From positions 100,936,001-101,000,000 of the forward strand of contig NC_042997.1 of NCBI RefSeq assembly GCF_006345805.1: a stretch of DNA of 64,000 bases, written 5' to 3'. Each line of letters opens with the position of its first letter. Positions within the stretch are counted from its first letter, which is position 1. Below the pieces are notes generated by a model that saw only the letters and a list, made by a program, of their open reading frames with translations, was not told the origin of the DNA and searched no databases. Below, piece after piece: positions 48,911 through 61,339 of the stretch. The translations under genes and the position numbers were made by a program. Origin of the DNA: Octopus sinensis. Lineage: Eukaryota.

Positions 48911-51630
48911 ATGCCGGATCCTAGGTCCTACCTCCTCACCCTCCATCACCGTTTGAAGGATCATCTCCGTTCGCTTCCTGTATATTGCCTTCAGCCGTCC
49001 GTTAATCTCTCTCTACTTCTTTTTAAAAAAACCCGCTTCTCTAGCCATGCCTCTTTCCTAAGCCGCTGCCTACATCACCGACTCATCCCTAAAGGTTTCC
49101 GCCTCCACTTCCACCCTGCTCTCCACTCGGATTCTTCCATCTTACCCATACTCCGCACCACATCTTACCGCCTTATGCGGGCCACCATTCGCTCCAATCT
49201 CTCCAAACTACATGCCATCAACCGCCTTCTTCCTCCTGCTTTCTCCACCTTCTTCTCCTCTCTGCCGCCTCTCTATGCTCCAAACACGCTACGCTTCATT
49301 ATCCATTTGAATCAACTCTTCCATCAATTTCTTTCTGATACCAAACTTCGTAAATCCAATCACTCTTCCATTCCACCCTACCCGACGCCACTACCCCAAC
49401 TCCTCCACCACCCTTCTCCCCTCCCGATAGGCTCCATCCACCCACACCTAACCCCACTGCCCCTCCCTACAACCCCTTCTCCCCTCCCGATAGCTCCATC
49501 CACCTACACCTAACCCTACTGCCCCCCGCCCAACCACCCCCACACACCTCCCCAATCCCTCCCCCTCAGACCTCCACGAGACTACCACCCCTCCTACTTC
49601 TATTCCACCCACCCCTTCTCCACTTCCGTCTGTTTTTACCATTCCCCCCGATCTTCCCCTCTCTGCGGCTGAACGCTCCGTCCTTGGTAGGGGTCTGCGT
49701 TTCATCCCCCTCACTCCATCCTGTAAGGAATTCCAGACGCGAGTTGATGTCCACAGCTTTGTGCGCCGTGTCCGGTTGGGTGCGCATTACCACGACTCGC
49801 CACCCACACCCAACGAAGAGGACTGCTTCACTGGCCTGGGCCGCCGACCATCCCCGTGGACGCCTGCCCCTGGCCAGATCCTAGCAGTGGATCTTTTCGC
49901 GGGCGCTTGTCAGCGTGCATTGGAGCGGTTCAACTTCTCCAGGCGCCAACGCCGCCTCAAAATCTCCCCGGCTGAGCTCTTGGCTCTTCGTTCCCTCCAA
50001 CGGCGCGCTGACATTATCATCAAACCGGCTGACAAGGGTGGAGCTGTAGTGGTGTGGGGCGCGGACCTCTATAGCGCCGAGGCTTTCCGCCAACTCAATG
50101 ACACCTCCTTCTATTCCCCTCTGCCCTCTAACCCCAAACGTAGCTACCAACAGACGGTATCCTCTACTGTCCACGACCTCATCTCGTCCTCCCGTCTCCC
50201 CCGCACTGCATCCAACCTAATTGTGCGAACCCCACGTACCCCCATCATTTACTTCCTCCCCAAAATCCACAAACCCAACAACCCTGGCCGCCCCATCGTC
50301 TCCGCCTGTAACTGCCCCGCGGAGCTCATCTCTAAATACCTCGACCGTGTCCTTGCCCCCCTAGTGGCATCTCTTCCCTCCCACATCCACGATACCAACC
50401 ATGCTCTCCGGCTTTTCAACTCTTTCTCCTTTCCTCCCGGCTCCTCCAAAATCCTTTTTACTATGGACATCCAAAGCCTCTATACTGTTATCCCTCACCA
50501 CGAAGGACTGCAGGCCCTTCGACACTTTCTTGACCTCCTCTCTAACCCTGTACCTGACACCTCCACACTCATTCGTCTGGCCGAACTTGTCCTTACTCTG
50601 AACTGCTTCTCGTTCGCGGGCGAGTTCTACCATCAGGTCTCGGGAGTGGCCATGGGAACGCGAATGGGCCCCAACTATGCGAACCTGTTCGTTGGCTATG
50701 TTGAGGCCCAAATATTCTCTAATTTCACTGGTCCCACTCCTGAACTATATGGTCGTTACATTGACGACATTATCGGTACCACTTCACTCTCCCGCGAACA
50801 TCTAGATTCCTTCCTCTCTTTCGTCCAATCTTTCCATCCAGCCCTCCACTTCACTTCCACTATCTCCAACACCTCTGTCTCCTTCCTCGACATTTCGGTT
50901 AGCATTCTTCACTCCACTCTTACCACCTCCATTCACTACAAACACACAGACTCACACTCATACCTCAACTTCTCTTCCTCCCACCCAGAACACACCAAGC
51001 TTTCCATCCCCTATTCCCAATTCCTCCCTTTTCCCCTCACTTACCACCCCACGACCCTACGTCTCCAACGCACCATTCTTCGAGCTTTCCGTCATCTCCA
51101 GTCCGACCCGTCCACTTCACACCTCTTCCCTAACCGACCCCTCCCCTCTTTCAAACGAGCCCACAACCTTCGAGACCTTTTGGTCCATAGCTCCTTCCCT
51201 GACCCTACCTCCCAACCCGGCTCGTCCCCTGCTCCCGCCCACGTTGCCGCACTTGCCCTTACCTCTCCAACACCACCCGCCTCACTAGCACCCACCATCG
51301 ACCCTATCTCATCATCCACTCCTTCACCTGCACCTCCAGCAATATTATCTATTGCATCTCTTGCTCTCTCTGCAATTCCTTGTACATCGGACAAACGGAC
51401 GCCGCTTGGCTGACCGGTTCGCGGAACACCTTCGTGACATCCACCTTGCGAACGACACACCGGTCTCACGCCATTTCCGCTCCACCGGTCACTCCTTGCA
51501 ACACCTATCTGTGTTCGGTTTGTCCTTACACAGAGGCCATCCGGATTCCGTTTGCGCCGTGAACAGGAATTAATCTTCTCTCTTCGCTCTTATACGCCAT
51601 TTGGTCTCAACTCTCCCCCTCCTCATCTAA
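48911..51630 (+). pseudogene. Disrupted PLE RT and GIY-YIG endonuclease ORF
   Basis: N-terminal FLSRCLHHRLIPKGF. RT motifs IKPADKGGAVVV, LPKIHKPNNPGRPIVS, TMDIQSLYT, GVAMGTRMGPNYANLF and RYIDD. Endonuclease motif LYIGQT..RLADRFAEH. Several frameshifts, and an apparent deletion after SIPYSQFL. Confidence 0.92.
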
Positions 51631-52365
51631 CCCCCCTCTCCCCCCTCCTCACCTATCCTTTCCCCCCGACCCCTACTTCTTCAGTCCTTCATCCTTTCAC
51701 CCCTACTCCCCTTCTCTTCTTCCCTCTTTCTCCCTCCCTCCTTCCCTCTTCCCCTTCCCTCTGCTCCCTCACTCCCTCACTCCCCTTCTCTCTTCCCCTC
51801 TCCCTCTTTCCTCCTTCCTCCCCTTCCTTCTCCCCCTCCTCTCTCCTCTCCTCTTCCCCCTCTCATCCCCCTCTTCTTCCCCTCCACTTCTCTCCCCCCT
51901 CTTCTCCCCCCTCTTCTCCTCACTACACCACACGACTTTACACATCACATCATATATGATGTGCCATACTAATACATACACCAACTAATACATACTAATA
52001 CATACTAATACATACACCAACCCTATACATACACACGTCCATACCCCTCATACGCACTTATACTCTCTCATCATCACACACACACACTTATACATACTAA
52101 TACGTACTAATACATACTAATACATACTAATACATACACCAACCCTATACATACACACGTCCAGACCCCTCCTACGCACTATTAGCTGGTCCTTCAACCC
52201 TATTATCAACCCTATTATCAACCCTAATATCTCCCCTTATTTCGCTCTCGCGTCTCATGTTTGATCTTTGACCTCTGGCCGAAATCAGATCGCCATGTTG
52301 ATTCGTTAGCTACTGCACGCATTTTTTTCTCTCCTTCTTTCTGTGTTTTTTTTCTCTCTGTGTAT

Positions 52366-52402
52366 CTTTCTGTTGAAGAGCGTAGGCTCGAAACGTTAAA
52401 GA
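52366..52402 (+). ncRNA. Minimal type I HHR motif in the 3' pLTR
   Basis: Identical to the motif at 48151-48186. Confidence 0.75.
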
Positions 52403-54535
52403 CTTGTTTTATTTATATTTCCTGAGCGCCATACTAATACAATTGTTCGTTTGTTTTCCACCTGCCTTCGTCTTTTGTCTATTTTCATAAAGCTTCCCGT
52501 TATATATATATATATATATATAAATATATGTATATAAACGTATGTATGTATGCCGTAGCCATCAAGAACCGTTGACATCCTGCATTTCAAGGTTTTGGGG
52601 TTATAGTCTACAAGGTGATACTTTGTAGTATATTCAATGCAACGCGTTCGTTTAAGAATTAAAGTGAGAAAAAGAGTATTCAGTATGTAGTAAAACTGAT
52701 GGCTCAAAATATAGCGCCAATGTAAAAATCGGGCAGTTTAATCTTTTTCCATTGACTTCCATCCATACTAACACTGAAGCTCAACATCTGTCCACTACTA
52801 AACCATGAAGTCCGGGGAACAAGTAACAATTCTATTCGTCATCTTGATTTTCAACCCTGAGATCATATAATCAGTGACTTATATTTCGTTAAGTCGTTGT
52901 AAACTTCTATTTTCCTCTGCAGAACGAACGAAATGAGCAAGTCTTATGAACTGATACAATGGCCAGAAGAAACTTGTAGAATTGTTCTTCGATTCATTCG
53001 CGAAAAAGAATTCTGTATTTTAATCATGTGGTCTATATGTACGGTGAAGCTAATTGTATGCTCATTTGCAGTGCACACGCAAATATATTTACAACCTATC
53101 CACAGACGCTATCTCATTACTTTAGTTAATTAATATGCATCACCATTGCATATACTGGTATGAAGACGAGTAAAAGCAGAGCCTGTTATTTATCGTATTT
53201 ATCACGAGTCACTCACTGCAAGCTACAATTTATTTCTCTGTAGAAGAAAAGTAAATTATTCTGAGGAGTTGGTAATGACTAAGCAAAACTAAAAGAGTTA
53301 TTTTACCATTTCATTCAATATAATGAACAATAGTTTTACCACTGGGCTATCTACAGCAAAAGGTTTAATTACTGTTTATTGAATGTATGCATACGCACAA
53401 ACCTAAATACAAAGACATACACACATGCATATATAAATTTATTTAAAATGGCTGCTCCTATCTAAGATATGTTTTTGCTGTTTTCCTCTAGCACTTCTTT
53501 CCAATAATCGCAAATAAATCAGATTTAATCGAATCGTTTGTGTCATATATAAATATCAATGTAACGCAAGATGTTTTTTTCGATTATTTTCCTCATGTTT
53601 TGAAGCCATAAACTTTAGTGGCTGTTAAAGTACGCGTCGTTGCAATTCTTCAGCTACTAAAAATATATTTCCACATCGAAATAAATTATTTTCAATCGTT
53701 TACAATGTTTGAAATTCGTTAAATTATTTTCCTATTCTTCATATATATTTTCATTTGAGCATTAGTTTTTCTCTTACATTACAATTAAAGCTTTCTGATT
53801 TTTTCTCTCGTAGAATATAATCTAAAAGCTCTGTCTCGTAGATTCGCAAGTTTATCTTTATTACATTTCTATAGTTTAAATTAATATCCCAACTAATCAG
53901 TATTCACATTAAAATTTTCCCACTCAAAATAGTAGTAGTAGTATTCGTAGTAGTAGTAGTAGTAGTAGCAGTTGTAGTAGTAATCGTCGTCGTCGTAGTA
54001 GTAGTAACAGTAGTTGTAGTAGTAGTGGTTTCTTATTGAGGCACGTGACAAGAAATTGTGAAGGGAGCGATTTAGTTGATACTGTCGACCCCAGAGGCCC
54101 TAAGCGTTTAAAAGATTTTGGTACCTTCATATATATGTAATTAGGAAGCGTTAATTATGTTGTTAGCTGTCAGTATCATGAAAATGGAAAGGAGAAATAG
54201 AAAAAACAAAACAGGAACCAACTTACAAAGTTGCAAGGTTACTACGTGTGTTGTTACACCGGACGCTGAGCGAACTATTGACTCTCACTGCACTCACTCC
54301 TCAGTGAATGACTGAATGGGACAGCCGACATGACAAAAACAAAAAACGATCACGTGAACCTCTGTGGATCATGAGGCTTATCATGTGAACCTCTGTGGAC
54401 CAGATTTGGATTTTGTTGTATTTCCAAGGTTAATGTAAATAATTAACCTCTGTTAATTATGCATATTTGGACTGATAATAACATTACAGTTTTACTTATC
54501 ACTGCTTAGCGCCCCACTCTGTAATTTGCTTACGA

Positions 54536-55250
54536 TGAACCGCCGCACAGCACTACCAGTAAGGACTAATTGGATAAAAACCAAAATAGACAGAAACCAA
54601 GTAGATTCCCAATGTAGATTATACAAATCAAAAGAGGAAAGCGTTACTCATATAATGAGTGAATGTAGCATGCTGACACAGGGAGAATACATACAAGACA
54701 TGACAATTTAGGGAGAGCAATACACTGGGAGCTTTGTAGAAAGCTAGGATTTGAACACACTGATAAATGGTATGAACATGAACCTAGTATAGTACTAGAA
54801 AGTAAGAAGTACAATATGTTGTGGTAAGTTTAATATTCATACTGATAGTGTAATATAATCTAGAAGGCCTGAATTGGTAGTAGTAGATAAAGAGAATAGA
54901 AAGTGCCAGATAATTGACTTTACAGATCCTAATGATGAAAAAAGTAATATGAGAAGTAAAGAAAGAATAGCAAAGTACCAGGACCTTGCTATTGAATTAC
55001 AGAGACTGTAGCAAGTGCGGGTAAAATGTATCCCAGTAGTTATAGGAGCATTGGGAACTATCCCTAAAGATTTGAACAGGTGGATAGAGGAAATAGGCAT
55101 AAAACCCAGTTTAGTACAGCTGAAGTAAACATTGTCAATAGGGACAGCTAGGATACTTAGAAGGGTTCTTGGCATCTAAGGTTACTTGTAGCCCGATGTT
55201 AGTATTTTTTTCTTTTCCAACAGTCTAATATGTTGAGTGTATATGAATGA
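54536..55250 (+). mobile_element. R4/Dong-type 3' fragment (RLE domain), different subfamily
   Basis: CRLYKSKEESVTHIMSEC, RHDNLG, RRPELVV, AKYQDLAIE and IGALGTIP, followed by (TAA)n. Confidence 0.85.
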
Positions 55251-55261
55251 TAATAATAATG

Positions 55262-55311
<50 letters not shown>

Positions 55312-55317
55312 TATAAT

Positions 55318-55557
<240 letters not shown>

Positions 55558-55573
55558 AAGGCAGAAGTTCACC

Positions 55574-55623
<50 letters not shown>

Positions 55624-55639
55624 TGATGATGATGATGAT

Positions 55640-56455
55640 GATTCTTAAAACACATCTCACGGAGAAACTTTGTAGATAACGAAGTACGCAGATATATAAA
55701 TGCTAATAAATTAACCAAATTAGGACACAAGTATCTCATGGTAGACCAAATGAAAACAGCAACAATGCAGATGAAATAGGTAACAGATACACAGAACTTA
55801 GTGTACGAGCAGTACATCACAAGGAGGAAGCTTAAAAAAATAGGGAAGAACAGATATGCAAAAAAGAGGAGAAAGTAGACATACCTCAAGAACACTAGAA
55901 TAGACATGACAGAATTTGAGGTGAATAATAAAGAGATCATAGAAGCAAAAGAAGATATTATGAGAGAACTCAGTAAGACTGAATTTGTTGTCATGATCAA
56001 TAGAGAACCGCTACCAAAGCTCTCAAACAACTTTAAAAATAACATAATCGTGATATTTAATATTGCTCTTAGATTTTGAGAAATAAGGGAAACGACCTAA
56101 ATAACCTCATCTATTCCATTGCTAAAGTTGTAACTACTCAACTAGCTATCAGGCTATCAGGAAGACACAGGAAAGGACTAACCGTATCAATAGACCTTCT
56201 AAAGTGGAAAGTAGCAATACAAAAAGCGATCGAATTTCTGCGGGTGGATGTATCAGTTCTCAATGAATTTGCTAGAGGAGTAAATGTTAAAACGGAACAA
56301 GCTAGAAAAATCAATCAAAAATATAAAATCGAAGATTTTATAAACCTCCCTGCAACCAAGGAACAATTGCAACAACGAATACAACTGAAAGCCCAACGGC
56401 TAAGAAGGTATGACAAAAGAATCAAATTTTATTGACAAAACAAGATATTCAAGAC
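55640..56455 (+). mobile_element. R4/Dong-type N-terminal ORF fragment
   Basis: Homologous to 61840-62120, including QLKAQRLRRYDKRIKFY. Confidence 0.7.
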
Positions 56456-56728
56456 GGATTCTTTTATTCTTTTACTCTTTTACTTGTTTCAGTCATTTGA
56501 CTGCGGCCATGCTGGAGCACCGCATTTATCTATACAAAGAAATGCATCGTTTGATGTTGATGTTATTACATGAGGTTTTCTATAGATTAACCTTTTCCAT
56601 ACTGGTGAGAAATTTTCATTGATTAAAATTTTATCTCATTGTTGTGCATACGCTCAAACAAAAGCTGACATAATTTTAATTACACACACACACCACACTA
56701 CACACACACACACACATACACACATACA

Positions 56729-56773
<45 letters not shown>

Positions 56774-56777
56774 CAAT

Positions 56778-57208
56778 CAATTTATAAGTAAGGGGAAAAA
56801 AAAATTTCTAATATGTCGATAGATGATATGCCGAAAATAGACACAACGTCAATAACCTTGTAATTTATCACTACAAGCACGCGTTTCGAAGAAAGCCGAC
56901 AGAAATTTTTTAAAAATCCCGTTATTACCATATCGAACCCTATTTCAGAGTTAGTTCATAAGAACCTTCCCTTCATCAGTGATAAATGCGGTAAAGAAAT
57001 AAGTGAAATACTTACTTATACCCATGGAAGAAGCGAACACTAAGTTATGAGCACAATTAAGTACCCCAAATATATCCAGAATAGAAAGTCTCTAGCCCAT
57101 CTCGAAACGCGTGCTTATAGTGGTAAATTACATGCTTATTGACGTTGTGTCTATTTTCGGCATATTTTGGTATTAGAAATTTTTTCTTTCGCCCTTACTT
57201 ATAAATTG
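56778..57208. repeat. Inverted repeat pair (56778-56888 and 57102-57208) with HHR-like pLTR motifs
   Basis: About 110-bp imperfect inverted arms, both containing CGAAACGCGT. The left arm on the minus strand has CUGAUGA and an 8-bp AUUUAUCA/UGAUAAAU helix. Confidence 0.75.
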
Positions 57209-57290
57209 TTTATAAATTTAACCTTTAAAGGTATTTTTTAATATGCTTGCCATTGATAGAATTTTATTCGAAAAATTTTATCCTACATTA

Positions 57291-57327
<37 letters not shown>

Positions 57328-57519
57328 TACTTAGAGAAAGGCTTAATGAGGTTTTCGGTTTTTCCTTTTTTGCAAATGCTTTGCCTGCTGCCTTGTGAGA
57401 AAAGCTTTGTATAATATGTGTGAAATAAAAATTTGAACCGATGCCTGATTCATTGCTGAGTTGTGCGCAAGACACTAGATGATCTAATATATATATTCTG
57501 AGAGTTCTTTATCAATTTG

Positions 57520-59650
57520 AGCTAACAGAATAAATGCTTTTGCTGACGCTGTTGCAGCAAGCACCGCGAGAAAAATACGAAATAATACACAAAGCTGTAG
57601 TAATATATATTTTGTTGATTAAATTCTACGAACTTGCCGCGAGGTATCGTAGCTTTCATGCCGACTGATTTAATAGAAAATGTTTTGCCATTTACTTCAG
57701 CATTGAAAAATTTTGCAAATGATACACGCTTTGCGGTCGAACGATTTTCCAATATAGACAGTTATTGTCATAAGAATGAAAAAAAGAAATTTCGTAAGTC
57801 CAGACTACCAATGACAGAACTGATATTCACATAATAAAAAGCAGGTGTCTGAAATAATACTTCTACGTTTGTCAAAATCCTTTCCCTGACTTAAACCGCT
57901 AGACTGGCTATAATGAAAACTATTGCTTTTCCCTTTCCCTTATTTGCTCGTAGTTAATTTCAGTTTGCAGATTTTTAGCGACATCGTTTGATTCTGACAG
58001 AGTATCATATTGATCTCACAGTTTGTGTAGATTTCCTATGAAGATTTTAGTGTTGCTCACTTGAATATCAACAGTGTCATATTGCGTATGTTAATGGAAG
58101 AATGTTGAGCCAGATGGTTGACACGAGTGTGTACAGGATAGTATCTCCTGTTTCTTCATTTCTGGTCTTTAGCGTCAGATTCAGTTTCAGAACATCAGCA
58201 GAACCAATTTGATATCAATGAAATTTAACGCCACACTATCGATTCTCGTTGACGCTGAGTAGTTGACAGAATGAATGACAGTCTGTGTGTATGTGACAAA
58301 AAAAAAAAAATTGCTATTTTCTTTTCTCCAATGGGAAAAGAACTTATAGATGCTTTCAATAGTTCTGTAATAGGTAAACATTTCATTACGGCTCTGTGTT
58401 GAATCTGCGTTTTCAAATAGCGAGAGGATTTTTATTGAGGAATATTCTTTGTATTCCATATTCTTGGTTGTTTTATTAGCACCATTGTTACATCCTTATC
58501 TCTGCAAACTTTTAAGAGAATGATATGTTACTCCTTTATCAGATTTGCACTCACAGAACCTGTTTTCTCACAGCAATCTTCAAAGATAAAATTTCAAATG
58601 TTACACCTACATTCTATATCTTGAAGTCAACGGATGAAAAACGTCTGTTCGATATGCGCAGATCAGTTGTTGCATCAACATTTATTGGATCGTATTTTAT
58701 CTTTGATCCTCCAGAGGGTTTTCGCTTCAAAACTATCAAAGTAAAAAGAAATATATTCCTTTTGTGATTCAGCTGACAAATAATGTACTTGCAACTTTTC
58801 ACCTTTTTGTTTTTGGCTTATTTTGATCTTCAGGACATTGGCTTCAAGTACAGTTTCCCAAGAGTAAAAAAGCTTTGTTAGCCCAAAGGAAGCGATGACT
58901 GAACGAATCACGGAATGCTAACCCTTTACACCTCCAAAATAAACACGTGTCAATCAGACAATGTAACTTTCTCTGCTATAATTTGCTTATACAGAAAATG
59001 TTCTATGCTTCTGTTTGAATGAATTCTTCGAGTTCTCTTAATTCGACTTAGATCAACTTATGTGGACTAATTCACGTAAGTTTTCTCGATTTTCTGTGAT
59101 AGACTATCAATTCTCTCTTGTCAAGCATGATACCTTTAACTTCGCCTTTTTCAAAAGAATCATCATGATATAAATAAAATATAGCTTGTTTCTCGAGGCT
59201 TCACACTAACCAAACCTTCTCAGGCATTTCCCTATTGTGATACCTTTTCGTGTTTAAAGAAGCTAACTAAACAGAACAGCTGCTCTCTATCGCTTGAATA
59301 TGTTGTAGATGCAAAAAAATACAGCATTTCTGCACACGTTTTTCAATGTTTTCTATACTTCTTTATATGTAATTTTCATTATCAAATCCCACCTGTTTGT
59401 CATTGTTGCGTTTATTTTCACAGTTGACTTTAGGTGTGATTTATTTGGCACTGAAGATATTTCGCGATCAACAATTTCCCTTTGAGTTTTAGATGAAGTT
59501 GTGTTGTCTTCAGCTTGTTCTTGCGCAGATGGTTCAGATTTTGCTGATAAATATCTAATTAATTTCTTAGCTTAGTAGCACACATATCCGTAATGACCAC
59601 TTCGTGTTTTCAATAATCTTTTGTTTTCATTAACATCACTATTGTGTTCT
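57520..59650 (-). pseudogene. Decayed hAT transposase (ZMYM1-like)
   Basis: Minus-strand remnants GLAFR, LQVHYLSAESQ, VDATTDL.HIEQT, IESIYKFFS and LSTT..RIDSV. Many stops and frameshifts. Confidence 0.75.
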
Positions 59651-59766
59651 AATATTCTGTTAGTAAAATTTCACTGATACTTATAAACATATGTAGAAAA
59701 TTAAAAGAATGTTCGTAAAAATAACAACCATGATAAATTATATATTATTTTACCTTATATTTCCCA

Positions 59767-60673
59767 CTAGCAGTATCGCCCGGCGTTGCTCGGGTTTGTA
59801 AGGGAAATAACTATATAAGCATTTTTAGAGAGTTATATAAAAAAATAGCAAAAATATGCATTAAAAATGGAATAAAAAATGATGGTAATTTTTTTTAATC
59901 GTTGACTCATCGTAGACATTTTTAGAGAGTTACTTCCCTTATATAATAGCGAAAAAATGCATTAAAATGGAAAAAATGATGGTAAATTAAAAAAAAAATC
60001 GTAGACGCATCGTAGACGCGCGCTAATACCCAGAAGGGCTCGATATGAATCACGACTATAATATACCCGGTTTTGGTTAAACTGCACCGCAAAATGTGGG
60101 AGTAGTTAGGAATCTAAATCGTAGGAGACAGACACATAACTTCACTTTTATATATAAAGATTTGTGAAACAACTAAAACATTCGGTTGTGCAAATTGCTT
60201 GCACAGGAAACCTGCCCTGTGTGACGGTTTTTGCCGTTTTTGTGGATCTGTTTCAGCTTTTTAGCGATTTCTGTTTTGGCGACTTCAAGCCATGAAGTCG
60301 TTGTTCTAAAAGAACGCTGGTCTCCTTGACAACGCTTTACGACGTTGATTTCCTTACACTCCCTTCCCCACAGCTTCACGAGGGAGGGAAGAAGGGGGAG
60401 AAGCAACACAGGTGCAGGTGTGAGCATGGACGCCAACTCCGCCGCCATCGACACACGAAAAAATATGCGTTAAAATGGAAAAAAATTATGGTAAATTATT
60501 TTTAAAATCGTAGACTTATCGTAGACGCGCGCTAATACCCAGACGGGCTCGATATGAATCACGACTATAAGATACCCGAATTTGGTTAAACTGCACCGCA
60601 AAATGTGGGAGTAGTTAGGAATCTAAATCGTAGAAGACAGACACTCACACAACTTCACTTTTATATATATAGA
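59767..60673 (-). mobile_element. Non-autonomous Helitron with two 5' termini
   Basis: Same 3' hairpin and CTAG as 47254. TC-tatatataaaagtgaag-type 5' ends at 60160 and 60673. Confidence 0.8.
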
Positions 60674-61339
60674 TATAGCACCCCCCCCCAAGAAAAAACC
60701 CCAGAAAACCCTAGAAAACACCACCTCTTCTGATCTGATTGGTAGAATAATGTGCGATTATGATAATACAAACAACAACGATAACAATCGTAATAACAAT
60801 TCCACCACCACCACCACCACCACCACCACCACCACCACCACCACCACCACCACCACCAGCAACAACAACAACAACAACAACAACAATAAGGTACAGCTCC
60901 AGGTTAAATAACAACATGGACGTCCACTAAAAAGCTCTCTCCACAAAACAAACTTAATCCAATGACATAGGTGCAATGGAAGGAAAACTCCGCTATACAA
61001 CTGTAGGAAAAGTTCTGTTAAAGCAAAGGAACTAAAAAAATTGAAAAGTTTTTTGTTAAATACAGTGTAGTTTCTTTCTTAAATGCGCGATATCTCGATA
61101 TGACATACGCAAGACGTCGAAACACACCAAGTACATAAATGGAATAATTACCTATACATGTAACTGTCCATGCATCCATGTGCACATGCTAATATTTACA
61201 AACAACATAAATAATGCTTACACGACACACACATACACATGTAAAAAATAAAAGAGACGCCGAACCGAACAAAAACAAAGTGACTTCCCACAAACGAATA
61301 TAAAAGGAGTAAATTAGTCACTCAGTTTAAAACATCGCT

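Larger units (their letters stand above)
48136..52502 (+). mobile_element. Penelope-like retroelement (probably Neptune-type) with direct pLTRs at 48136-48287 and 52351-52502
   Basis: RT and GIY-YIG coding region flanked by about 152-bp direct repeats (1 mismatch), each carrying a minimal HHR motif. The 3' end runs into (TA)n. Confidence 0.93.
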
